A stretch of DNA of 64,000 nt from Balanoglossus misakiensis. Its lineage: Eukaryota > Animalia > Hemichordata. This document shows, one piece after another, positions 22,600-59,980 of the stretch (positions are counted from its first letter, which is position 1; the number at the start of each line of letters is the position of its first letter). The notes beneath the pieces were generated by a model. That model was not told the origin of the DNA and made no database searches. It saw only the letters and a list, made by a program, of their open reading frames with translations. Both the position numbers and the translations under genes were made by a program. The DNA is taken from assembly GCA_040954595.2 (NCBI GenBank), contig CM082577.2:7341846-7405845 (forward strand), read 5' to 3'.

Positions 22600-25500
22600 C
22601 CAAATAACACAAAACACGACCCAGGAGTGACCACCATGATCTGACAGAGTTCATTGTGTTCTTCGTCTAGATATTTTTTAAATAACGTGATTTCTCTTAT
22701 TTTCGTCTTTGTGTTTTTGTTTTCCGGGGTTTGTGGTCTTGCAATCTGAATGAGAATTGTCTATCTCGAGGAGGCGAATATGTTTCTTGCGAAGTTCTCC
22801 GCCCCTGCCAGATACCACGATGGCACGAAAAAAATGGGTCTTGCAAATATAAACGACGTTCATATCGACACGAGAAGAAAGGCATTGGTAATTTTGGCTC
22901 GTAAATTCCACGCTCGATAATCGTGACGCTTTTATGAACTCAATATACACCAGTCCACACTTTTTTCCATCATTAAACCCGCGTAATATCCGACAACCAA
23001 TTAGATATCGCGCGCGTTTAACTAAACTACATGTACTTGTACCGCTAACAGCGCAGAAAAGTGCCGACAAAGACACGAGTGGAAGGCGATCTCCAGGTAT
23101 GATTGTCGCACGTACCACGGGCCTAATCTTCGAAAGTGTTAGAAACCTCATCAAGGAACCGATACCAGCTGCTTTTCCTTCGAGTGCGCGTAACGAGAGG
23201 ATTTGTCAAGTCGGCTTTCTGAAAGCGGGAGTGAGAGTAATGACAAGCTTTTCATTGTGGTGCGTGTCCGCGGACCTTGATGAGGTGGGAATTAATCGAT
23301 CGACGAGTACACGACGGAATACATGAAACACAGCCGGGCGTGCCGATGCGATCGTTTTCTGTTCCACGTTTTATTTCCACCCCCGAGATGAAACGATATT
23401 CGGGTCTGTGCAGGGGCAGCTGTTAAAATGTTTTGGAAACAGCACTAAGCTCAGATGTTGGCTAAAACACTGTTTATACATCTACGCGGATCTGTGTTTT
23501 GTTTTGCATCTAGTACCTTTCAGTGAAGCGATTTCAGCATACCTTAAGAAATACAGCGTGACTACAAAGTTTGATTTTGAATTCGTTACAGTGCGCAAGT
23601 GAAAATTCTCTGCCAAGCTTTAAGCGTGCTGCATTCGAAGTGAGCTGCCCTCTAAACGTTGATGGCAGTACAGTATTCGAAACTGCCAGGCCTTTTATAG
23701 CGGGCAGCGACAAATTTCTGCTAATAAACTCAACATCGCACGTTATTAATCGCAAGACACATTGCAAAATTAGTTTTTAGGGATATTAATACGCTTTAAT
23801 GCCGTGAACTCGTTGGGCGGAATTTAACCGTGTAGTCGCTCGTTAAAGCTGCGACGAGAATGCGGCCAGCACGCAGAAACGCCGTGTTCATGTACTCTGG
23901 ACGTTGTCAAACTACAAAACAGACACGGCGACGGGCATTGTTACAAGTGGCAATTACCAGTGTCCGTGTGTAAGCAAATAACAGCGGACATGAAGTAGGA
24001 AATTAACTCGGATCAACCGCCTGATCGTTTCGCCTAATACAGATGCTAATGAAGTGGTTCCGTCGTTAGAATTACCACCAGGTAATGGTGAAAAGCAAAA
24101 ACTTCATTGCTTGCGACTTCTCCTTTGTCGAGCTCTCATAGCCGGGATTAGATCAACACCTTTGGTTTATTGTCAGCCAGGTAAATCGCGATGATGTATT
24201 CCTGGTCACAAATCACTCTTAATCCTCCAGGAATCCAATTCATTGCATCGTCGGCCCATGCTTCTCACCACTTACAATTAGCGCGTAAATCTCGACCAGA
24301 TCTCGTCGTCTGGCATCCGCTCGCACTTTTCAAAAAAATAGAGGGGCGTCCTCTGGGGGGTAAAAATCGCCCCACTCCGTGCTTTCTAGCAAGTTGCAGC
24401 GACAAAACATACATTTTACAAGCACCGGGGGATCGACATTTGAGTGTTAGATATGTAGTTGCTTTTTGAACATTTTCAACGCGAACAACTTTTTAAAATT
24501 CGAGATGCGCTTCGCAGTCGCGCTGACTAGCATAGTGCCCGGATGTTGGGTATGGCAGCTTTGCACGGGGTGCGCAACTCCAAATCGGGGGTCACGTGAC
24601 CTCTGTGGAGAGATTGCATGATTGGTACGGTGTCACACCATTTGGTTAGACAGCTAGAAACCTGATTAATTCACACGGCTTTATTTGTATTAATCTCACC
24701 AGCGCGTGAAATATCTGATGAAATAAATTTATTTAATCTGACTTGAGAGGTACTCGAGTCTCGCATGCACGCTGCTTAGAGTCGTATACCGTTGGCCATC
24801 ATGGTATTTTCATCATCCGGCCGGTGTACTCGTATACATCAGTCAATTTATTTTTCCATTATTAATGAATTTAGGAGTTTTAAGCTTTCCTGTACCGTGC
24901 AAATCTTCTGAGATTCGCAATTCGATATATCATTTGGCGAAGCGGGAAACGGAGTAAATCTTTATCAGTTGGACTGAGTCAGTGAAATCATATCTCAAAG
25001 TAGTGTAAAACGTCATGACATGATGGTGCATTATTTTTAAAAACTAAATAACCAGAATAATATTAAAAGTTGGCGACTTTGTCCCTTTAATAATAATTAT
25101 TGTCTACCCTGGGGTGTCGTTTCTTAGGTGTACGTCACGTACTGGATAAGGTCACGATAAGTTCATTAATACACTTTCATTGGTCGCACAGAAACGCGTT
25201 CTGCAAAATGACTGAATATTCGTGAGGTATTGCGATCACGGTTTAGGATTCACCGATTGAAGAAGGGGAGGCAAATAAAAAAAAAGACAAATAAAGAAAA
25301 TGGCGATATATCCTTTCCTTTGTCAGAGTGTTATTGTGTTGATCTTGTGAGTAATATCCGGCGACTAGCTTCATCGCTGTTTACTCTAGAGCGACTTCTC
25401 ATCGATGGAGAATCTGCGACGAACTCTCCGCTATGATAAACACGACACGTGAAACTGATCATGAAATAGCATTCAGTTGGTGTAGAAACCGAAGACGTTC

Positions 25501-28095
25501 GAGATCCAATTCTCGCGGTCGTGTATCCGGCGCCCGAGCCTCTCAGTGAACACAAATCAATCATGAATATAGTTAACATTACACTGCGTTCTGAGCAACT
25601 TATATAACGGCAACGTGCCGGCGATGATAATGTAATAGTTTGACTCAATGTTAGCTTACCGCTCGCTGGAATGAGTTGTCCGCGCAGACACATATTTGAC
25701 GGAGCACTCACTTTAACTCAAGCGAACAAATCAATATATTACAATCCGATGCGATGACTGGCGCAGAAGTGGCTCTAATACAAAATCGATCGTCTCAACA
25801 GCGAGGAAGTGGATTTCGGTAATAAATCCCTTATACGCTCGATTTCTTGTTTATTTTGATTACGTGGCGTACTGGCGAGGGCTTCACATGCTGGTGACAA
25901 AATTGCAAATTCGGAGATATTGAAAATTGTCTGACGGAATCAGTGGCGAGGAAGGCTTCTCATCAGAGATATCTCCCACTTTGGCGGGAATTCGTTGAAG
26001 TGGGACTACGTGTTTCTTCCTCGATTCACTTCAGACGAAATGGCCTTTCGGTGTCAGGAAAAAAAAGAGCTTGAAGAATATCTGTGAACATTCCACTTCG
26101 TAATTAAGGCATTCAGATACGGGTAAATTGACGTAACTAGTTGCATCACGAATAGGGAGAATGCAAACATTGATGATTGAAACGCTTTGGTGAGCTTGTC
26201 TCGACGCGGTGATGAATTCTTGTGTAGGTACATACAATTCAGCTTGAGGACACACGCGTACCAAATCAGAAGCACGTTTTGTGTACACAATGGGATAGCG
26301 TGGAAAATTGCCAAAGCTTTTTTTCTCTCGAAATTTTAAACAGTTCGCTGATAAATTTTAGTTCATACGCACTAGATCGAATTGCGAAAAATAAACGCAG
26401 TGTCAACACGCCTTGGTTTAATGCAAACAGTCAATAATCATGTTCCGAGCATCTGCTATGATATGAGAAGTGGGGAGAGTTGGCACCTTATAAATCTAGC
26501 AACAGATACCCTAAAGGATACGGTTGATCCAGCCAATCACCTATTTTCACTTGTGGCCGCTTGAAAAGTGCGCCACCGCATAGAATTTAGCGCGGTGACC
26601 ATTGCGTCAGAAGTGGAAAGGTCAGAAAATAGCTAGAACCCAATAAATTATAAGCGTGCCATCCTTATGTCAAATCTACCAAGCTCACACATGTACATGT
26701 GTGCAGGCCCCGTAGTTACTACAACTTTCTTCACCAGAGCACAGCCCTGCCGAGTCCGACGACCTCTGAAAAATAATACTCGACTAGCCAATAAGCGCAT
26801 TTGGTAAGGAAAATGTCTTGATTGAAGTGACGTTCATCATAGTCTGCCAAATGCATGATGGGTAAAATTTATAACAGTTAATCGAGTTATGGAGGTATAT
26901 TATTTTCTTGTTCATTTTGATGTACGTATTGATTCCATTTGACGAATGTAGCCTCAGCGTTCCCAAATCCACAGGTTGTCTCTTCATTCTCAGTGTTGAT
27001 AAAGTTAACTCCGCGCGGTTGAGTCACGTGGGTGTCGTCACTGTACATGTGCACCGTGTCTGTGAAAAAGAAACCGTGTTGCAAAGTCCTGCATTAACAC
27101 GAACATGACGTCAGAACCGTACCCGTCCAGGCGCTATTTGAAGGCTGTGACCTCAGGGGTCGCCCACGGGTGTCACCCCTCACAGAACCGGTGTCCTCTC
27201 AGCCAAAACATAGTTAGACAATAATCATTTCAAAATAAACGCTATATTGTAATATGTAAGTCAACATGATGTCAGTTTGGGGTGACGTCATCATCGTACT
27301 GAGCATTTGAAAGTTTCGTGGTGAGAATCCACGATGACTCATTTTAATATACGTGTTCAATGGATTAAAAACTCCGAACTTACTAATTCATTATGAAAAG
27401 TTAGATAATTATATAAAATGAATAACAGTAAACGAGTAGCAAAGTTTCTTTTCCCTCCATTTTTCAGGGCGTTTCAAGTCGTCATCCTCCCCTATCAATA
27501 GCATGATTCACATATCAAAGCTGAACCACAGACTTTGCAAGTCAAGTAGGCGGGAAAGTTCAATTACATTGTCCCAGTCTGAAAATAATAAATTGATTTG
27601 TTTTCAATGACCGTGTTCTTCTCGCGGCCATGTTTCAGTGGACACTGTTTATCTCTTGAAAATGACCCCACTCTCCTTAAGATATCGGATATCGTCAAAA
27701 TGGTAGAGGGCACATGAAATGGTGTGCCCTGCCAACCGAGTTTACATGTTCGGCAACACACGATATTAATACACGGGTCGAGATTTATGTGTCTTTCATC
27801 ATGTACTTAATGATTCTGGCAACTTCATATTTCCAGTTTAGTTGTTCGCTTCAAAGCACCCGACCACTCTGACAAATTGTTTTCTGGAAAATCAAAAAAA
27901 AAAAAATCAGACTAATTTTAGCGCTATGGGTGCAGATCAACCTCACGCTACTGATACTCAATGATTTCCAAGCAGTATTACATGTATAAATAAATAGAAG
28001 AATGGGGCAAGCGATAAATTAAGCGGTGTGTGGGTGGGGGTGGTCCGACCTATGGTCGTAGGAAATAGACTGAACACGTCAGGCGACAAGATGTT

Positions 28096-28170
28096 ACAAG
28101 ACAAAACAAGACAAAACAAAACAAAACAAAACACAACACAACACAACACAACACAACACAACACAACAAA
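28096..28170. repeat. Pentanucleotide microsatellite (ACAAG/ACAAA)n-(ACACA)n
   Basis: Seen directly. Confidence 0.9.
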
Positions 28171-31100
28171 AGAGAACAACGGAATATGTATTACAGAAAA
28201 CATTAGAACATAGCTACACAATTGAGCAAAGCATTGCGATTATATTATTTACTTTCGCCCCATCTTCAAGGAAGCGTATTTTTTTCTGCGTGCAGACAGG
28301 TAGGCACGTGCGTACCCACCGTAAACCCACCGAAATACCCACAAGGCACCACAACATATAGCGACGTGACACCTGTTTACATTCGATGTTATGTATTTTG
28401 ACCGGGAGAGGGTTGCTCTAGGAAAAACATTATACGTGTATATACGAGAACACAATTCATATACCATCAACGACGGTTCCAACTGAAGGACGTATCAGAA
28501 ATGCCATAATCATACCTGGCAGCGTGCTTGAAGCAACGGCGCGACGAATACCAACGCGATTAACAAACAAACAAACGCGAAACACGCAGCCACAAGAAAC
28601 GTCACCTCACACACAAATGTAATTAGACGGTATTCGCGAAAGAGGTTGAAGTTTCGTCACAGGCAGCGCCGAGTCGTCTGGAGTACCCACATGAGAGACA
28701 GATCGTGGCCCGTGTTCACGCAACGCGCAATTTAATATATTCCGCGCGTGTTTCGCTTGTTTGGACTTCGCTGCATTGCCAAGGTTACGGCGAAACCACA
28801 CATTAACTCCAATGTGAAGTTTCGCGTGTTCTCGTTCGCGTTTTTGCTTTGTTTATTGCTCTTTCAAATACAGCAGCTGGAATATATCTTGGAAGTTCCT
28901 TCCAATCTTCTCACCGCTGGGACCACTCGCCTTGGTCTAGATGAGGGGGGGGGGGGAGAGAATGTTGGACTGGACGGCGCCGGAATTAGTACTTTTCAAT
29001 CTCCAGTTTTCCACTTCGACAAGCAAACCAAAAGATTGCCCACCCATAGGTTTAACTTTATCTATGGAATCGGGTCACGTATGGCATAAACAGAAGAAAA
29101 CAATACAAAAACACTAAATCGGGATTTAAACCACTATACCTCTGGTATTTAAATAGAACACGTCGAGAGAATGCAGCAGTATTTTTAGCTTTTGCCTTTT
29201 TAAATACTGCGCACACACTTTTGGCATGTGGTGATGTCTGGTCCGTTCCTGCCCGACAGAGAGATATTGGCTGGGGTTGGTGCGGGTGTCAAAATTGCGA
29301 CCTGTCATTCGAAATTTGGTAGTGACAGGGGGAGGCAGTCTTGTTTAATCTCGATATATTTAAAGCTGAGGGTAACTAGCTTATAAAAAGTTCAGAGGTG
29401 ACGAGACCTTACATCAGAGAGACCGGGCCGATGTACAAAGGCCAGTATGTGGAAAGCAAGGGATATGTGTCCCACAGCAAGAGCCTGTTCTATACAGGCA
29501 ATAACTCTCCGTGTCCTGTGTCATTATTAACATGTTTGGTAAAAAAAAGGTGCAGACCCCGAGGGGACCAATCCTTTCATTATGTCGTTCTGACGTGTTT
29601 TGCATTCGCTCACATTGTGTAGTGTTTTTTAACCGACGGAGTGTTCATTTCCGCGCTTTTTTGCGCGGAGACGGGGGGGGGGGGGCAAAGTCTGTCCGAA
29701 TTGCGCCCGCGGCTCATACCGTTGCGCTGATGGCGAGATCAGTGGCCATGCGAGCTTTTGAAGGGTTGTGTTGTTTCCGTGATTTTCAAGTCACCGGTCT
29801 CAGTGACCAACTTCGGCGTTTTTTGTTCGGCGTCTTTACATCGTGTTCGGGTCCCGGCAACTGAAAGTAGTAGAATAAATGGCGTGAAAATGAATTGCAA
29901 ATGTGTGTTTAATTCGACTGTCAGATATTTTGGCATTTAAAGTTTGCAGGGAATCATAAGAAACAGTTTTGAAGTAGAGTGTATTCACAGGAAATGATGG
30001 AGTTGGTGGAAGATTCTCACAGGTGAACACGCAGAATCGCAGAAAGGCGTCAAGATGTAATGGCATGTACACAGAAACAGTACACGTCACAAGGTGGATA
30101 GACATGGGGAGATTGGGGCAGAGTGATACACATACAATGCAGGAATAACGACCGGCCAGACACAATCAGTGAATTTGTCTACATAATCTTCTTATCCAAT
30201 ACCAGGGGACACAATTGCTTTTTTCTCTCCAGTTGGCAAGCTCGGTTTTTACTGGTCTGTGCTAATTGTCCTATAGTGTTCCTCCCCCCGGTAAAATACA
30301 TTGTTCGCGCAAAAAAAGAGCAACCGTTCCGATAAATAAGAACGCTGCTTACTGAACGTAAAATTCAGGCTGAATTGCATGAACGGTTTCTATGCAAACT
30401 TTTCACACGACATTCACACCTTTCCGCCGCTCATTGTTGTGCGCAAGCACGTCCATTGAGGAGCAGTTTGCATTTCCAGGATCGCTGCCCAACATGACGA
30501 GGGAAATAAAGAAAACAATGCGTGTGCATCAACTCAGGGGGACTGTGAAAGGGGCTGAGGTATTAGTCATGCGTGTGGTACACACAGTCAATACTGGGAG
30601 CGGTATAAACGATGGCTTGACTTCACTGGGACTATTTGAATCAGTTCTGCGGCGAAATCTCAGCCGAAATCTCGCGCCAACCGATCGGGCGAGACCCACT
30701 CGGCAGCACAAAAAAGCCAAAATGTCCGACGTCGACACTGTTTTCCCAGGACGCGCCATCTTTAAGCACACATCTCAAAAAGTGGAGAAGAAATTTCTCC
30801 ACAACGTTTAATTTACTTGGGCCACCGGGACAATTTCAGCACACTAATCGCGGCCAATTGTCGACTTGGTTGTTTTTTGATATCCCCCCATTCAGGAGTC
30901 GTTCCAAAGCTACCAATTACTGACTCCACTTCGCAGGCCGTCTTTGTTCTCGGCGATTCTTTACCGCAAGAATTTGGCGCAATAATTCCTTTCAGGTCCT
31001 TCAGAATTCAATTAACAGTTAGCACATTTAAGTGCTCTAGTGTTCCACTTGTGTCCAGGTGCAGTAAATATCCTTTCTTCGGCCCAAAACCTCTAAAAGC

Positions 31101-34100
31101 GTCAAACCCCCACCACAGTTTCTCGAGGTGGTTTCTTTTCTCACAATGTACATGCGAAAAGTGGTGCGTCGCATAACAAACAAGCTGGTGGGAAACTCTA
31201 AAGAGATGTTAACAGACGCTACTTGTCTCTGTCAATACTATGCTAAACAGGATGTATGGGATTTTCACACCTAGGCGAAGCGTGTTACCCCGTCCTTGTT
31301 AGAAGCTACTCCACCAATTCCACTGTGCAGTAGGCGACAGAATGTTCTAAATCAAGCGCGGCATTAAGACAAAAAGTAACCCACCCACAGCCCGGACAGC
31401 CTTAAACTCTGCTCTTTCGGCACCCTCACTTCTATGAACAACTCAAAAGCCAGTCAGGCCCATATACTGCTACCCCCATCATGATGCCGCGTCGTAACAA
31501 TTACCCCCCCCCCCTCCGCGGAACAGGGGCGTTTTTTCCCCCAGTTTCAAGGTATTTCTATTTCTAAAAAAACGGGCCGGGTAAATGTAGCAGAACGCGT
31601 CAGCTCTCTTTGAAGGAAAGTTAAACATACCCGACTACTGCCCGAACACGCGGTGGGCGCTTTGTGGAAAACAACCGCCGCTTTATTATGCGCAGCCACT
31701 GAACGTTTACCGTGACTCGGGTACTTTGTTGGAAATCAAGTGGCCTCTCTTTATCCCCGGTTTTACTTTTCGTAAATCGTGGATCTGTTTACAGGCTGAT
31801 GGGAGCCAATTGATCGCCGCAATTGGCCCTAAATCCCAGACATAAAGGTCTGAATCAGGGGTTAATAGTTGCGATGCTTTTTTTTTAAATTGCAGCATTG
31901 ACGCAACGGAGACTGAACACGGGGTCTGTCCGCGTCTGGTCTGCTTATGCTTTACAGTCTATTCACTGTTGTCATTCCCACTAGACGCATGCGAGGTTGG
32001 TTCACAAAAGACCGAGGGGGAGGGGGCGGAATACGCAAAATCGCGAAGCGCGCTAAAACCTAGGAATCTCACACATCCTTGGTCTGGTTATATCGTGAGG
32101 TGGTCGTGGGGGAGGGATTCTATTGGCGAGTCGCTGTTTAGGCAGTTGTGTCGACTAGCGGATAGACACCTGTGCGCGTACATGTTGATGATGAACATCC
32201 CGATTTTCAACATTTCCCATGAGCATCTTCGCACCATGCTCTGTCGATGAAAAAAAAGCCAAGAATACGCGAAAAGCGGCCAAAAGTTTGCCTCGACACC
32301 GGCATTCGCGCTTCCCGTCGCCCCTCTACCGCGGTGGCGAATCACGTCCCCCTTTTCCCCCGTGATTTTCATTATCTCACAATTAAGCACATTTTCGAGG
32401 GTGACGTTTTTATTGAGCCATTGATCTGTCACCATTGATCAATTTATTGGCCAGGCCCACACAAACGCAGTTCACACCCACGGGTTCCTTATTATGCTCC
32501 TCGCCATTGGGCCCCCGAGCAGATAGAGTTGTCAACAACTGGGTATACTGTATATCCCCTTTAAAACAGCCTACAGCACTCAGGAGGCATGAGAAGTGGT
32601 AAGTCCGACATGAAACAACTTGGAGTTCGGTATTTGTAACCCCGGTTGAAAAGGGAGCAGACCAGGCAGCTAAGTCCATTTGATTGCTTTAGTCCGTTCT
32701 CAAGGCCCCTCTTTCATATCTACTTTGTGTGATGGACTAATAAGGCGCTGCTGGTCGACTACTTTGCCCGTCACGATCAATAAGAGCGAACAGACGTTAC
32801 TTTAGATATGCCAGTTCCGAATAGAGTGAGAGAGAGAGGGGGGGGGGGGAACACACCATACGCACATACACTGGTGTTCGCAATCGAAAGCGGCGCTCCT
32901 GCGCGCTCGACCGGGGCTAGTGCTATAGGCTGGCTGTCTGTTGGAGACTGGCCGTGTAACCTATACTCCGGCACTGTAAACAAACAGCGGAGGGGAATTC
33001 GATTTACACATAAACAGGCACTCCAACAGTAGTCCACGCGAACATGTTGCCATCTCCCGAGATTTTCCAGTGCCGTGACTTCGCTGAAAAGATGAAATGG
33101 GGGGGGGGGGGGGGATGGTGCAGCTATTTGCCAGCTGTCAGTAAAGGCGAGTGACATCTCGTGATGGCCGAGACTGGTCCGACCGCGAACACTGCAGACG
33201 ATCGACGCGCGCGTCTGGGAGGTTCCCGCCTCCCCTAGTTGCGGTGTCGGTTAATTGGTACTATCGCCATATCGATTGACTAAACACAAGTTTTGATACC
33301 GCTTTCAAACAAACTATCAATGACACTATAAAAAGCGATTAATTATGGGTATCATATCAGCATTTAAAACAAGATGTCTGGTGTAAGTAGATGGTCGGGT
33401 TCACAGGTAAATACACCCCAGGGGCATCGGAATTATTTTGCCGATGATAAACTGATTCCAAAGTGACGGGGTTAAGACGGTGATTATTTTGAAATAGTGG
33501 CAGTGATAGAAAAAACAACAACCGTACAACTGGCCAGGACTGTTGGTCAATAGGATTGTGATGTCGGATTGAGGTCACGATAGGCTTGACCCCTATTTCC
33601 ATCAATAGACTCGGTTTACAATGAAACATAACGCCAGAGTGAGTCCATCTTCTACAGTCAATTGATGGAGTAATGTCGTGGGACTGTCGTTGGAATTGTC
33701 AGCTCTCCGCTTACCAGCGCCCACTGCGACTTTTGACCACTGGCATAGCGACGTTGACGCGGCGGGAGGGTTGACGTTATGGCCCGCGCGCACACACACA
33801 TAGCCGTCAAATCCTATTACCTAGTTAACACTTGCATTATCTGATTATTTTCCCTTAATAGCCGTGAATTGGTACTAATTAATGCAAGATAACTCTCGAC
33901 AGAGGCGGAGGCAACGGACAGTTACTGGAGCCCACTGCGCAGGCGTCGACCGCTTTCTGGCTTCTGTATGGTTCAGCAAGCCCGTCCCCCGGTGATGATT
34001 AACGCCCGCCCATAGCTCACACCAACCCAAACACGCCACAGGCGATCAGTTGAAATTGGACCCACGTGAAACGTACCCTTGCTTTCAGCACTGCACGGAG

Positions 34101-34119
34101 CCCGAGCCTGCCCCACGCT

Positions 34120-34126
34120 TATATAT
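34120..34126 (+). promoter_or_regulatory. Candidate TATA box of netrin
   Basis: TATATAT at the end of a GC-rich tract about 400 bp upstream of the ATG. Confidence 0.3.
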
Positions 34127-34517
34127 GCAAGGAGAGACATCGGTTTAACTACTGGACTCCGCTGCTTTATTTACGGTTGTTGATTCCCTATAATTGTGAG
34201 TCCGGCTAGTCTTTTGTGTTGGCCTTAGTATTTGACAGCTTCGAACAGCGCTAGATTGTCCTTGTAAAGACGATTGTACTATACGCGGCGACAAATCTAC
34301 ATGGTAGACTTAAAACACAACTCCAAGGACTGGGAAGGCTTCGTTCTGAGAAAACTGACGCACTGACTCCGACGTCGTCGGTTGGTTCGATTTTCAACGT
34401 CACATCGCTCTCCCCGCGCGACTCGCTCAGATAAAAAGCGGGGGTCCAGTTCCCTTAGCCGTCGAAGCGAACCTTTCAGTGACAACAGTGGTCTTGTGAC
34501 TCGCCGCCCAACCAACA

Positions 34518-59249
<24,732 letters not shown>

Positions 59250-59399
59250 GTAAGAGTTGCTACACATTTATTCAGAAAAATTTATGTAATGTAGGTCTAT
59301 GTAATGTATGTACGTCCTTGCTCCACTTTAAACAATTATTGGGCTTAATTATTTATTTTTGAAATAATCATTAAGATGTATTAACATTTCTATAAGATT

Positions 59400-59980
59400 C
59401 AAGATGTCAAATTACCGACTTTGCGAACTTTGGTGAATTTGTCATTTTTGGACGTTTTTCATGGGTTTATATCTCACGAACATTGTCAAAAATGACAAAT
59501 TCCCGACTTTGGAAACTTTGGTGAATTTGTCATTTTTAGACATTTTTCATGGGTTATAGCTCACGAATATTGTCAAAAATGACAAATTCCCGACTTTGGA
59601 AACTTTGGTGAATTTGTCATTTTTGGACATTTTTCATGGGTTATAGCTCATGAAATTTGTCAAAAATGACAAATTTCCGACTTTGGAAACTTTGGTGAAT
59701 TTGTCATTTTTGGACATTTTTCATGGGTTATAGCTCACGAATATTGTCAAAAATGACAAATTCCCGACTTTGGAAACTTTGGTGAATTTGTCATTTTTGG
59801 ACATTTTTCATGGGTTATAGCTCATGAAATTTGTCAAAAATGACAAATTTCCGACTTTGGAAACTTTGGTGAATTTGTCATTTTTGGACATTTTTCATGG
59901 GTTATAGCTCATAAAAATTGTCAAAAATGACAAATTCCCGACTTTGGAAACTTTGGCGAATTAGTCATTTTTCGACATTT
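59400..59980. repeat. Tandem array, 87-bp palindromic monomer type A (about 6.5 copies)
   Basis: ATGGG anchors at 59461, 59549, 59636, 59723, 59810 and 59897; unit ATGGGTTATAGCTCATGAAATTTGTCAAAAATGACAAATTTCCGACTTTGGAAACTTTGGTGAATTTGTCATTTTTGGACATTTTTC. Confidence 0.95.

Noticed and set aside
25974-26005. 14-bp G:U-rich hairpin TCCCACTTTGGCGG-GAAT-TCGTTGAAGTGGGA
   Set aside because: Too short for a pre-miRNA, and no CTRR terminus at Helitron spacing
28665-28680. AGCGCC-N5-GTCTG, near match to the BMP/Smad-Schnurri silencer GRCGNC-N5-GTCTG upstream of netrin
   Set aside because: It has one mismatch, and several one-mismatch hits are expected by chance in 60 kb
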